From positions 3,072,001 to 3,136,000 of the forward strand of contig OZ241986.1 in assembly GCA_965204375.1 (NCBI GenBank): a DNA stretch of 64,000 nucleotides, written 5' to 3'. Of the stretch, positions 9,205 to 18,213 are shown piece after piece. Within the stretch, counting starts at the first letter, position 1. Each line of letters begins with the position of its first letter. The stretch is from Candidatus Latescibacterota bacterium (GTDB taxonomy: Bacteria > Latescibacterota > UBA2968). A program made the position numbers and the translations under genes. The notes under the pieces were generated by a model that did not search any database, was not told the origin of the DNA, and saw only the letters and a list, made by a program, of their open reading frames with translations.

Positions 9205-10106
9205 TAGAATTGTCTCAGGCGCTTTTGCAGGTACTGGCGGAGAAGGTACCCATAGCGCTGATCGAAAAGGGCAAAATCGATAAAGGATTTGAAATACGAT
9301 TCAAAATCGCCGATATCATAGCGCAACTCTTCGGGATACAACTTGATACAGCGGACAGAGTGTCCCATTTTAATAAGCGTCGCAATCGCATCTGTAAGCT
9401 CGAGCTTGCCCCTGTAACTGGGAGATGTGCGTTTGAGAGCAGTAAAAATTTCGGGATTAAAAATATAACGCGCGGCCACGCCGAGATTACTCGGTGCATT
9501 TTCCGGAGCGGGCTTCTCCACAATATGTGCGATTTCAAAATCGTCTTCAGGCTCGCCGTTCACAGGCTCGACAATACCGTACTGGTTCTCTTCGCCCCCG
9601 GGCACTTCAACAACCGCAATAGTACAACCGGACCCATGTTCGCAGTGCGATTTGATCATCCGCCGCAATAGACCCGCATGATTGCCCGACTTGATAATCG
9701 TATCGCCAAACGCGACCACAAATGGCTCGCCGCCAACAAAGTCCTCAGCCCTGCTAATAGCATCTCCTATCCCCGCGGGCGTGATATGACCGGAAGGGAT
9801 AATTTGTCGCGTATAGAAAAACTTTACCCCTTCTCTTTCATAATCGAACTCATCGAGTGTGTGATCACTCTCCGAGAGATAATTCTGCAATTCCGGATCC
9901 CGATCAAAATGATCTTCTATCGTACGCTTATCCTTTCCCGTCACAAAGAGTATCTTCTTTAACCCCTGCTCAATCATCTCTTCAACCACATACTGAACCA
10001 CGGGTTTTCGTCCCACGGGCAACATCTCTTTGGGCTGAGATTTGGTCGCAGGCAACAGACTCGTCCCCAAACCGGCAACCGGAATAACGACTTTTTCAAT
10101 CTCCAT
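9204..10106 (-). CDS. galU: UTP--sugar-1-phosphate uridylyltransferase (GalU family)
   Basis: VIPVAGLGT.LLPATKSQPKEMLP, VEKP and ELTDA motifs. Start ATG 10106 follows GGAGGA; coupled to the kinase gene by a TAATG overlap. Confidence 0.85.
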   Translation of the reverse strand: MEIEKVVIPVAGLGTSLLPATKSQPKEMLPVGRKPVVQYVVEEMIEQGLKKILFVTGKDKRTIEDHFDRDPELQNYLSESDHTLDEFDYEREGVKFFYTRQIIPSGHITPAGIGDAISRAEDFVGGEPFVVAFGDTIIKSGNHAGLLRRMIKSHCEHGSGCTIAVVEVPGGEENQYGIVEPVNGEPEDDFEIAHIVEKPAPENAPSNLGVAARYIFNPEIFTALKRTSPSYRGKLELTDAIATLIKMGHSVRCIKLYPEELRYDIGDFESYFKSFIDFALFDQRYGYLLRQYLQKRLRQF

Positions 10107-10135
10107 AGCGCGATGCTCCTCCAAATGCCAAACGC

Positions 10136-10164
10136 TTGACAGAGTGCAATTTGTCCTTTAGAAT
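10136..10164 (+). promoter_or_regulatory. sigma-70 promoter
   Basis: TTGACA-17 bp-TAGAAT upstream of 10220. Confidence 0.75.
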
Positions 10165-10219
10165 ATCAGTAAAAAATAACAGGAGAAACTTGTAGAACGC
10201 AAGGTAAAAGAGTTTCATC

Positions 10220-11161
10220 ATGTTAAACAAACAAATAACAGACTCCCGCGCTTGGACTGCTGATACAATTGATGCGTCTTCTGAATGGTATTACCCCCTG
10301 TCTGAAAGCTATTTATCTACGCTCGACAGCGGAGTCCGAAAACATGCGGGCGCAATATCTGATCTACGCGTTCCCGACACCATTGCCTGTGCGCCGTGTC
10401 TCCAGCCTGTCTCAGAGGTATTGCAAACCGGACGCGGATTTGCCATCATCGAGCGCTTACCCGTAGAATATTACACGCGGGACCAGGCGCGAGCCGCATA
10501 TTGGATGATCGGACAGTGTTTGGGCGTACCCTTTGAACAAAATATCGAAGGCACGCTACTATACGACGTACGGGACACCGGGCGAGATGTAAAATCGGGC
10601 GCGCGTTTTTCTGTAACCAATGCAGAAAGTTCGTTTCACACAGATGGCGCATTCGGAACGCAAGTACCCGAAATAGTCGGCCTGTTATGCATCAAAACCG
10701 CGCGGTCAGGTGGGCGCAGTCAACTGATCAGTGCCTGTGCAGTACACAATATATTACACCAACAAGCACCCAATGTTCTAAACGCCCTCTACTCATCTTT
10801 CTATTTTGACCGACGGGGGCAATTTCTCCCGGGCGAAGCACCTGTAAAAAAGACCCCTGTGTTTTCCTGGGATAAACAAACACTGATCATGCGCTACCTG
10901 CATTATTATATCCAGGTGGGACATCGAGAAGCAGATGTACCACTCACATCAGAACAAGAGCGCGCACTACAAGCCGTTGAAGATATATTAAATCATCCCA
11001 AAATGTGCGTGGAATTCGATCTCGCGCCCGGGCAAATGCTATTTACCAACAACAATTGGATCCTGCACAATCGAACGGCATTCGAAGACCATCCAGGCCC
11101 AGACCAAAGACGGCATTACGTGCGACTGTGGTTGATGCAAAAGGACAACGTTGATGGCTGA
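10220..11161 (+). CDS. TauD/TfdA (clavaminate synthase-like) Fe(II)/2-oxoglutarate dioxygenase
   Basis: HTD...HNRT facial triad; RHYVRLW at the C-terminus. Confidence 0.88.
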   Translation: MLNKQITDSRAWTADTIDASSEWYYPLSESYLSTLDSGVRKHAGAISDLRVPDTIACAPCLQPVSEVLQTGRGFAIIERLPVEYYTRDQARAAYWMIGQCLGVPFEQNIEGTLLYDVRDTGRDVKSGARFSVTNAESSFHTDGAFGTQVPEIVGLLCIKTARSGGRSQLISACAVHNILHQQAPNVLNALYSSFYFDRRGQFLPGEAPVKKTPVFSWDKQTLIMRYLHYYIQVGHREADVPLTSEQERALQAVEDILNHPKMCVEFDLAPGQMLFTNNNWILHNRTAFEDHPGPDQRRHYVRLWLMQKDNVDG

Positions 11162-12278
11162 ATTGAGAACCGCGATTGAAGACCGCAAAAGCCGGTGGCA
11201 GATCAGTCTGTTATTGGGCGAACAGGCTGTCAGTGGTCTCGGTGTGGTAAAAAAACACATGCAAATCGATTCTGCTGTTGTGAAAATGGGTGGCATTGCC
11301 GGTGTATGGACGGATTCCAATCATCGCAGGAAAGGATATGCCAGTCAGGCCATGTGGGAATCGATTGCACTGATGGAGCGCCAGGACTGCGACATGAGCA
11401 TTTTGTTTGGCATTGACGATTTTTACCATCGATATGGGTATGCCGTGGTATTTGCCAATCAGTCTATGTGGTTAAAAACATCGCAATTATCGTCGCTGAA
11501 CGGCCCTTTGAAAGCGCGGAGAGGGCGCAGGGCTGATCACGAGGCAATGCGCCGATTGTACAGAAATTACAATGCCGCGCGCTCAGGCATGGACGCACGT
11601 CAAAAGAACTGGGAGCCAAGATGGTATATGCCAAATCTGGGCAAAGATACGGTTCGCCGTGCGGGAAAATTTCTGGTAGTGTGTGACGCTCGGGACCGGG
11701 TGCGTGGATATGCGGTTTACGACATACAGGCGGGGCGCACCGTGGTAACAGAAGTGTGCGGAAAGGACCGCGAAGCACTTGCCTCTATTGGAAAGACCAT
11801 CGCAAGACGAGCAAAACGTGCAGGCGCTGAAGAAGTACTCTTTCATCTGCCTTGCGATGATCCATTTATCTCGCTGTGCATACCCTTGGGATGTTCGTGT
11901 TTGATCGCGTATCCATTTAATCAAAGCGCAATGGGACGCATTATCCATCTGAATCGTCTGATAAAAAAATTGCTGCCCGTATTCCAAAAACGATGGGCGC
12001 ACTCAGAATTGAATTGGACAGGTGAATTTGCCATTGATACAGACATTGGGCGCGTGGGCTTCGAGATTTCCGGGTCGGATATTGTCATGGCCGATATTGG
12101 TAGCCGTGCCCAGGTGTCAATGCCTCAAATGGCGTTGACCCAACTGGTAATGGGGTATCGACAGGTAGTAGATATTGCTTATAATGATGGAATAAAAATA
12201 CCCAGACAACTGCTACCTGTGCTGGATATCCTGTTTCCCAAAGGCAATCCGTATATGTGGTGGACAGATCGCTTTTAG
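11154..12278 (+). CDS. Eis-like GNAT acetyltransferase
   Basis: GIAGVWT..HRRKGYA and FYHRYGY motifs; tandem GNAT domains with an SCP2-like C-terminus. Confidence 0.8.
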   Translation: MAELRTAIEDRKSRWQISLLLGEQAVSGLGVVKKHMQIDSAVVKMGGIAGVWTDSNHRRKGYASQAMWESIALMERQDCDMSILFGIDDFYHRYGYAVVFANQSMWLKTSQLSSLNGPLKARRGRRADHEAMRRLYRNYNAARSGMDARQKNWEPRWYMPNLGKDTVRRAGKFLVVCDARDRVRGYAVYDIQAGRTVVTEVCGKDREALASIGKTIARRAKRAGAEEVLFHLPCDDPFISLCIPLGCSCLIAYPFNQSAMGRIIHLNRLIKKLLPVFQKRWAHSELNWTGEFAIDTDIGRVGFEISGSDIVMADIGSRAQVSMPQMALTQLVMGYRQVVDIAYNDGIKIPRQLLPVLDILFPKGNPYMWWTDRF

Positions 12279-12296
12279 TTAAGAAAGGAGAAAATA

Positions 12297-13181
12297 ATGT
12301 CATCCTTCACAGTTGGCCTACTCAGCCCCGGCGACATGGGACACGTCGTTGGACAAGTGGCAATCGCCTCTGGTGCTCGGGTAATAACCTGCCTGAATGG
12401 CCGCAGTGAGCGCACGCGCAAACTCGCAGAAATAGCGGGAATCGAAGACGTACCCACATATTCCGCTCTCGTGCACGAAGCTTCACTCGTAATATGCATT
12501 CTCGTCCCCGCAGCATCAGAATCGGTAGCCACGCGCGTGGCTGACGCCCTGAAAGAAACGAATGAACAAATTGTATATACCGACTGCAATGCAATAGCCC
12601 CGGCAACAACCGTGCGCATTGGTAAAACAATTGAAAACGCGGGCAGTGTATTTGTCGATGCCGGTATTATCGGCGGACCGCCGCGCCAGCCTGGGGGCAC
12701 GCGGTTTTACTGTTCGGGACCAGACACATCGGGCTTTGAAAAACTGAACAATTACGGGCTGGACGTGCGAAAAGTCGGCGATGAAATCGGACAGGCGTCG
12801 GGCTTGAAAATGTGCTATGCCGCGCAGACCAAAGGGACGACCGCGCTACAAACGGAACTGCTCATCGCCGCGCGGCGCATGGGCCTGTACGAAGGATTGA
12901 TCGCAGAGTGGGAAATGAGTCAGAAAGACCGGTTGGCGGGCATGGAGCGGGGCTTGCCGGGAATGCCGACCAAAGCAAAGCGGTGGATAGGTGAAATGGA
13001 AGAAATCGCCAAAACCTTCGGCGATTTGGGACTCACGCCCAAAATATACGAAGGCGCCGCAGACATGTACCGACTCGTCAGCGAAACACCACTTGCAGAC
13101 GAAGCACCTGAAACGCGAGACAGAAGCCGAACACTTGCGCAAGTCATCGATATCTTTGCCGAGCAATCAAAAAGTAAATAG
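12297..13181 (+). CDS. NAD(P)-dependent oxidoreductase, 6-phosphogluconate dehydrogenase-like with DUF1932
   Basis: PGDMG, DAGIIGGPP, ASGLKMCYA and RWIGEMEEIA motifs. Confidence 0.85.
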   Translation: MSSFTVGLLSPGDMGHVVGQVAIASGARVITCLNGRSERTRKLAEIAGIEDVPTYSALVHEASLVICILVPAASESVATRVADALKETNEQIVYTDCNAIAPATTVRIGKTIENAGSVFVDAGIIGGPPRQPGGTRFYCSGPDTSGFEKLNNYGLDVRKVGDEIGQASGLKMCYAAQTKGTTALQTELLIAARRMGLYEGLIAEWEMSQKDRLAGMERGLPGMPTKAKRWIGEMEEIAKTFGDLGLTPKIYEGAADMYRLVSETPLADEAPETRDRSRTLAQVIDIFAEQSKSK

Positions 13182-13231
13182 ATTTAAAGACTATTAATCA
13201 CAGACAGTTCATCACCGTGACGCAAAATACT

Positions 13232-13270
13232 CCCCTTTTCTATACTTAATGGGAAAGGGGTTTATTTTTT
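13232..13270 (+). terminator. Intrinsic terminator
   Basis: CCCCTTT...AAAGGGG stem followed by TTTATTTTTT. Confidence 0.65.
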
Positions 13271-13293
13271 ATAAACATATGCCCAATGGTAAA

Positions 13294-13322
13294 TTGACTT
13301 TTCGATTGTGACAAGCTATATT
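13294..13322 (+). promoter_or_regulatory. sigma-70 promoter with a TTGTGACAA palindrome in the spacer
   Basis: TTGACT-17 bp-TATATT; TTGTGACAA at 13306-13314. Confidence 0.65.
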
Positions 13323-13367
13323 ACGCGTTCTAAAAAATAATGGGTAAATTTAAACCAGGAGATGTAA

Positions 13368-14411
13368 GTGAAAGCAGCGCAAATCGTCGCACCCAGACAC
13401 ATTGTGGTCGTCGAAACAGACGAACCACAACTCCTGGGTGCCGGGCAAGTAAAAATCCAACTGGAACGGGCGTGTCTTTGCGGTTCAGACGTGCCGTTAT
13501 GGGATTACGATCACAACGAACTGGCAGAAAGGGCGCGACTCAACCCGCGCAAAGCAAAACGCGCACCATTTGTCGATTACGTCAATGGGGATCCATATCC
13601 CCTGCGCGTCGGCCTCTCGATTCACGAATGCCTGGGCACAGTCGTTGAATCGACATCTGATCAATTTCAAACCGGCGATTTTGTCCTTGCACTACCCGAC
13701 GCACAAAAGGGACTGTGCGAATATATCTGCGCCCCCGATAGCCGAACCATTCCACTGCCCAAAGGGGCTGTACCCGACGAACAAATTCTGATGACACAGC
13801 CCCTGGGCACAGTCGTATGGGCGTGTCAAAAACTCGGCAACATCGTCGATAGTGACGTGGCAATTGTCGGACAAGGCCCTATGGGACTGATGTTCACGCG
13901 CATGCTGGCCAATTTGGGCGCGCGAACCGTAATTGGACTCGACAAATTGGATTACCGCTTACACACTGCAAAAAAAATGCACGCAACCCATACCGTCAAC
14001 GTCGAGAAAGACAATCCTGTGGAAGCCATCCGCGAGATCACAAACGGCAAAATGGCGGACCTGGTAATCGAAGCAGTCGGTCACCAGACAAAAACGCTCA
14101 ATTCGTGCATGAAACTCGTGCACCACATGGGCACACTGCTGTGCTTTGGCGTACCCGATGATGCGTATTACCCATTTGCATATCCCGAATTTTTCAGATT
14201 AAATCTCAACCTGATCTCCACAGTTGGTCCCAATGTGGTGCCCAATTTTTCTCTTGCCCGCGACCTGATCGCACAAGGACGTGTTGACATGGCACCTCTG
14301 GTAACGCATGTATTGCCCTTTGAAGAGATTCAGCACGGATATGAGCTGTTCACCGATCGCCTCAATGGGGCCATTAAAGTGGTTATCGATTACAATTCGC
14401 TGCGAACCTGA
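13368..14411 (+). CDS. Zinc-binding (MDR) dehydrogenase
   Basis: CGSD, HE and GQGPMG motifs; GTG start after AGGAG. Confidence 0.88.
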   Translation: MKAAQIVAPRHIVVVETDEPQLLGAGQVKIQLERACLCGSDVPLWDYDHNELAERARLNPRKAKRAPFVDYVNGDPYPLRVGLSIHECLGTVVESTSDQFQTGDFVLALPDAQKGLCEYICAPDSRTIPLPKGAVPDEQILMTQPLGTVVWACQKLGNIVDSDVAIVGQGPMGLMFTRMLANLGARTVIGLDKLDYRLHTAKKMHATHTVNVEKDNPVEAIREITNGKMADLVIEAVGHQTKTLNSCMKLVHHMGTLLCFGVPDDAYYPFAYPEFFRLNLNLISTVGPNVVPNFSLARDLIAQGRVDMAPLVTHVLPFEEIQHGYELFTDRLNGAIKVVIDYNSLRT

Positions 14412-14454
14412 CCAGCGGGACAACTTTGACAAATACAAAAGGGGGGTTTTGCCT

Positions 14455-16041
14455 GTGGCAGCAATGTTTGAATACGGCGCAGTGGTAGGACAACCCGAAT
14501 CTGATTCTGCGGCTGTAAACATATTGAGAAAGGGTGGCAACGCAGTCGATGCCGCTGTAACAGCGGCATTCCTCGCCTGTGTTTTGGCACCTAAATCGTG
14601 CGGCATTGGCGGTTATGGCGGCGCGATGACCGCCTATATTGGCGACGAAGTCGTCTGCATTGACTTTAACACAGTCGCGCCCAAAGAGGCCCATGACAGA
14701 ATGTTTCGCGTAACGCGCTCCGACGGGCGATTTGGTTCTGCTGTCAGCGGTTATGCCAATTCAATCGGTTATAAAGCCATATCCGTACCCGGCGTACTGG
14801 CAGGTCTTGCTCTGGCCCTGGAAAAATTTGGCAAAATGCCACTATCTGAAGTACTCGCACCTGCTATTCGCGCATGTGAAAGCGGATTTCGGGTATCGGC
14901 AAACTACGCTACGGGTGTTGCCCAAAGCGAAGCGCGCATTCGCGAGTTCCCAGAAACAACCCGCTTATTGATGATCAGCGGCGAAGTGCCCAAAAGCGGC
15001 GACCGTGCACAAAACCCCTATTTGGGCAGAATGCTCAGTCAGGTTGCAGACAAAGGCGTACGTGAATTTTATGAGGGACGCATCGCAGAGCGCATTGTCA
15101 AACACATTCAGGATAATGGTGGGATTTTATCGCGAGATGATCTGGCAAATTACGAAGCTCAGGTCGTTGACCCTGTACAAACGGCTTGCATGGAATACGA
15201 TGTGTACAGCTCGCCCCTTTGCAGTGCTGGATTGAGCCTGGCACAAATGTGTGCCATAGCCGACGAAGCCGAATTAGACCTCTACGCGCGAGACTCCGCC
15301 CGGTTGGCCCATGGCATGGTCGAAATCATTCGCGCAGCCTGGATGGACCGATACCGGCATTTTGGCGATCCAAAGCAAATACATGTAGATACAGATATGC
15401 TGATGTCGGATATCAATATCGGTGCAAATGCCAAAGAAATTGCCACATATATTGCCGAAGGAAAACGCGGACAATCGCTGCTGCGGCCATTTTATACGGG
15501 CGGCACGACGCATATTTGCACAATAGACGCGCAAAGCAACATGGTCGCCCTGACCCTCACGCACGGACCGGGCTATGGGTCTTTTGTAACAATTCCCCGC
15601 ATGGGCTTGTTGATGAATGCGGGCATGTCGCGGTTTGACCCCGGCTCCGGCTTAAAAAATTCAATTGCCCCCGGCAGAGCACCCATCATGAACATGAGCC
15701 CAACCATCGTGTTGCAAGATGGCGAACCCGTCCTGACTGTGGGCGCGTCCGGCGGAACGCGCATCCCATCGTCTGTCTTTCAGGTTTTGGCGCGAAGGCT
15801 GGTGCTCGACGAAGACCCCGAATGGTCCATCGCAGCCCCTCGAGTACATTCAGAGGGCAATGAATGGGTAAGCATAGAAGAAGAATTCGGCGAAGCCGCG
15901 CCAGATTATCTGAGTTCAGTCGGATACAAATTAAACAAAAAGGGCGCGGCTGCCGCCCGTGTTCGGATGATTGAGATTGTGGAAGAAGGATTGCTGGCCC
16001 TGTACGATCCGCGCATGAAGGCGCGAGAAAAAGGGTATTAA
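14455..16041 (+). CDS. Gamma-glutamyltransferase-family Ntn hydrolase (cytoplasmic)
   Basis: GGNAVDAAV, GIGG, SVPG, nucleophile TTHI and GASGG motifs. No signal peptide. Start is GTG 14455 or ATG 14464. Confidence 0.88.
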   Translation: MAAMFEYGAVVGQPESDSAAVNILRKGGNAVDAAVTAAFLACVLAPKSCGIGGYGGAMTAYIGDEVVCIDFNTVAPKEAHDRMFRVTRSDGRFGSAVSGYANSIGYKAISVPGVLAGLALALEKFGKMPLSEVLAPAIRACESGFRVSANYATGVAQSEARIREFPETTRLLMISGEVPKSGDRAQNPYLGRMLSQVADKGVREFYEGRIAERIVKHIQDNGGILSRDDLANYEAQVVDPVQTACMEYDVYSSPLCSAGLSLAQMCAIADEAELDLYARDSARLAHGMVEIIRAAWMDRYRHFGDPKQIHVDTDMLMSDINIGANAKEIATYIAEGKRGQSLLRPFYTGGTTHICTIDAQSNMVALTLTHGPGYGSFVTIPRMGLLMNAGMSRFDPGSGLKNSIAPGRAPIMNMSPTIVLQDGEPVLTVGASGGTRIPSSVFQVLARRLVLDEDPEWSIAAPRVHSEGNEWVSIEEEFGEAAPDYLSSVGYKLNKKGAAAARVRMIEIVEEGLLALYDPRMKAREKGY

Positions 16042-16043
16042 AT

Positions 16044-16072
16044 GTAGGTGGCGGTTTCAAACCGCCACCTAC
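16044..16072. repeat. Perfect GTAG-headed palindrome (REP-like or terminator)
   Basis: GTAGGTGGCGGTTT-C-AAACCGCCACCTAC, a 14-bp perfect inverted repeat in the intergenic space. Confidence 0.7.
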
Positions 16073-16107
16073 CCCACGTCTCACCTTTTTAACTGGAGAT
16101 AAATCAA

Positions 16108-17226
16108 ATGGAGAGATATCCTTTTGGTAGCGGGCGTCCCGATCCGTCATCGTTTCCCAAGCGGGAATTGGCCGAAGCCGCCATGCGTATATTGCCCGAA
16201 ATGGGTAATGAACTGGCACTTTATCCCGGCACATTGGGATATCAACCGATGCGACAGGTCCTGGCCGATCGCTTGTTGCGACGCGAAGGAATCGCCCCTC
16301 CCGTAGAAGAAATTGCATTGACCAATGGCTCAATGCAGCCTGTAACCTTGATGGCGCAGATGTTTATCGATCAGCCCGGCGATGGCGTCGTCATGGAGGA
16401 ATTTTGCTATTCCGGCACAATTGGCGCGTATAACAAAGAAGGCGCGGAATTGGTGAGCATTCCCGTGGATGAACACGGCATGCGGATGGACGCGCTATCC
16501 GACGAATTAAAAAAACGAGGCGCCAACGGGAAACTGCCCAAATTCATTTATGTACTCGCAACATTCCAAAATCCCACGGGTGCGATCATGCCCCTCGAAC
16601 GGCGAAAAGAACTGTTGCAAATTGCCGCACAGTACGAGATCCCCGTCGTCGAAGACCACTGTTATGCCGACACGGTGTACGAAGACGATTATTACGTCCC
16701 GTCACTATACACCCTGCCAGCGGAAGTGCCCGTAGTACATATTGAATCCCTCTCCAAAATTCTGGGTCCAGGTGTGCGCCTGGGGTGCTTTTTTACCAAA
16801 CAACCCCTCCTGGGCAAAATTTTGCAAATTCGTCGAGACGGCGGCACGAGTTCGCTGGCCGCAGCCATTGTGTACGAATACTTCCGCGAACACCTGTGGA
16901 CCCATGTCAATCACATCAACGCAATCGTAAAAGAAAAGCGCGATTTGATGTTTGAAATGCTGGGACAATCTCCCGATGCTTTTGAATGGTTCAGCCGTCC
17001 CAAAGGCGGGTTATTTATCTGGGTCAAATTGCCCGATGCCACCGATGTGATCGAATGCGAACAAATAGCCGAATCCCGCGGGATCGACTACGCCACCGGC
17101 AAGGCGTTTCACGTACACCACGACGACGTGCCCTACCTGCGCCTCGCATTTGGCTACGCATCACTCGCACAAATCCGAGAAGGCATACCCAAACTGGCAG
17201 AATGTGTCATGGCGGCACAAAAATAA
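16108..17226 (+). CDS. PLP-dependent aminotransferase, class I/II (LysN/MocR-like)
   Basis: FQNPTG, EDHCY, SLSKILGPGVRLG and PKGGLFIW motifs. Confidence 0.9.
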   Translation: MERYPFGSGRPDPSSFPKRELAEAAMRILPEMGNELALYPGTLGYQPMRQVLADRLLRREGIAPPVEEIALTNGSMQPVTLMAQMFIDQPGDGVVMEEFCYSGTIGAYNKEGAELVSIPVDEHGMRMDALSDELKKRGANGKLPKFIYVLATFQNPTGAIMPLERRKELLQIAAQYEIPVVEDHCYADTVYEDDYYVPSLYTLPAEVPVVHIESLSKILGPGVRLGCFFTKQPLLGKILQIRRDGGTSSLAAAIVYEYFREHLWTHVNHINAIVKEKRDLMFEMLGQSPDAFEWFSRPKGGLFIWVKLPDATDVIECEQIAESRGIDYATGKAFHVHHDDVPYLRLAFGYASLAQIREGIPKLAECVMAAQK

Positions 17227-17241
17227 AAACAGGAGTTCTAT

Positions 17242-18033
17242 GTGAACGCACCACCAATTCCAGAACGTCCCCCCATCCCGGGCGTCAGACACATTGTTGC
17301 AATCGCCAGTGGCAAAGGCGGCGTGGGCAAAACCACGACCGCGTCAAATCTGGCTGTGGCAATGGCACAATCGGGACACGCGGTGGGATTGATGGATGCG
17401 GATATTTACGGACCCAATGTACCGATCATGATGGGCAGCAAAGCGCAGCCGCAAATGACACCGGAACAAAAAATTGAACCACTTGAGCTGTACGGTGTAA
17501 AAATGGTATCACTGGGATTGATCGCGGGCGATGGTGTCCCCATCATCTGGCGCGGACCGATGTTGGCCAAAATGGTCACACAATTCGTGCGCGACGTGGC
17601 CTGGGCACCGCTCGATTGCCTGGTCATCGACTTGCCCCCAGGCACCGGCGATGTGCAACTGACCCTGACCCAATCGACCCCATTGGATGGCGCTGTCATC
17701 GTAACGACACCCCCTCTGGTCGCCCTGGAAGATGTGCGGCGCGGCGTCGAAATGTTTCACACCGTTGAAGTGCCCGTACTGGGTGTAATCGAAAACATGA
17801 GCACTTATATATGTAGCAAATGCGGCACAGAAACGCCGATCTTTGGTCAGGGAGGTGGCGAGCGCACAGCAAAAGCCTATCGCGTGCCATTTTTGGGCGC
17901 GATTCCCCTGCACCTACAGGTACAAATGGGGAGTGACACGGGAGAACCAATAGTAGCCTCTGAACCCGACTCGCCTCTAACAAAGATATACCGCGACATC
18001 GCCGATAGCATCTGGCGATCTCTGGAGATGTAA
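17242..18033 (+). CDS. apbC: Mrp/NBP35 (ApbC) iron-sulfur cluster carrier ATPase
   Basis: SGKGGVGKT, DADIYGP, DLPPGTGD and ENMS..C..C motifs. Confidence 0.9.
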   Translation: MNAPPIPERPPIPGVRHIVAIASGKGGVGKTTTASNLAVAMAQSGHAVGLMDADIYGPNVPIMMGSKAQPQMTPEQKIEPLELYGVKMVSLGLIAGDGVPIIWRGPMLAKMVTQFVRDVAWAPLDCLVIDLPPGTGDVQLTLTQSTPLDGAVIVTTPPLVALEDVRRGVEMFHTVEVPVLGVIENMSTYICSKCGTETPIFGQGGGERTAKAYRVPFLGAIPLHLQVQMGSDTGEPIVASEPDSPLTKIYRDIADSIWRSLEM

Positions 18034-18059
18034 AAACTGCATCCACAATCGCGTATCAC

Positions 18060-18095
18060 AAAAAGGCGATCATCATGCGGGCGCCTTTTTTATTT
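18060..18095 (+). terminator. Intrinsic terminator
   Basis: AAAAGGCG...CGCCTTTTTTATTT. Confidence 0.65.
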
Positions 18096-18100
18096 CTCCC

Positions 18101-18129
18101 TTGAAAACTATACACCCGTTCAGTATATT
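18101..18129 (+). promoter_or_regulatory. sigma-70 promoter for the RND operon
   Basis: TTGAAA-17 bp-TATATT. Confidence 0.65.
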
Positions 18130-18213
18130 TAATGCGGATTTCCGAAACCAGTCTTCCCACTGGTGCGTCAAAGGTCTTGTAGAATTCAGGCATATTCTAA
18201 CCCGTGAGGATAA

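Noticed and set aside
18130-18213. 5' leader hairpins (ACCAGT..ACTGGT; TAGAAT..ATTCTA) loosely resembling a c-di-GMP-I riboswitch
   Set aside because: It lacks the GAAA tetraloop and GACGCAAAG elements; it would need an Infernal/Rfam hit to be supported.
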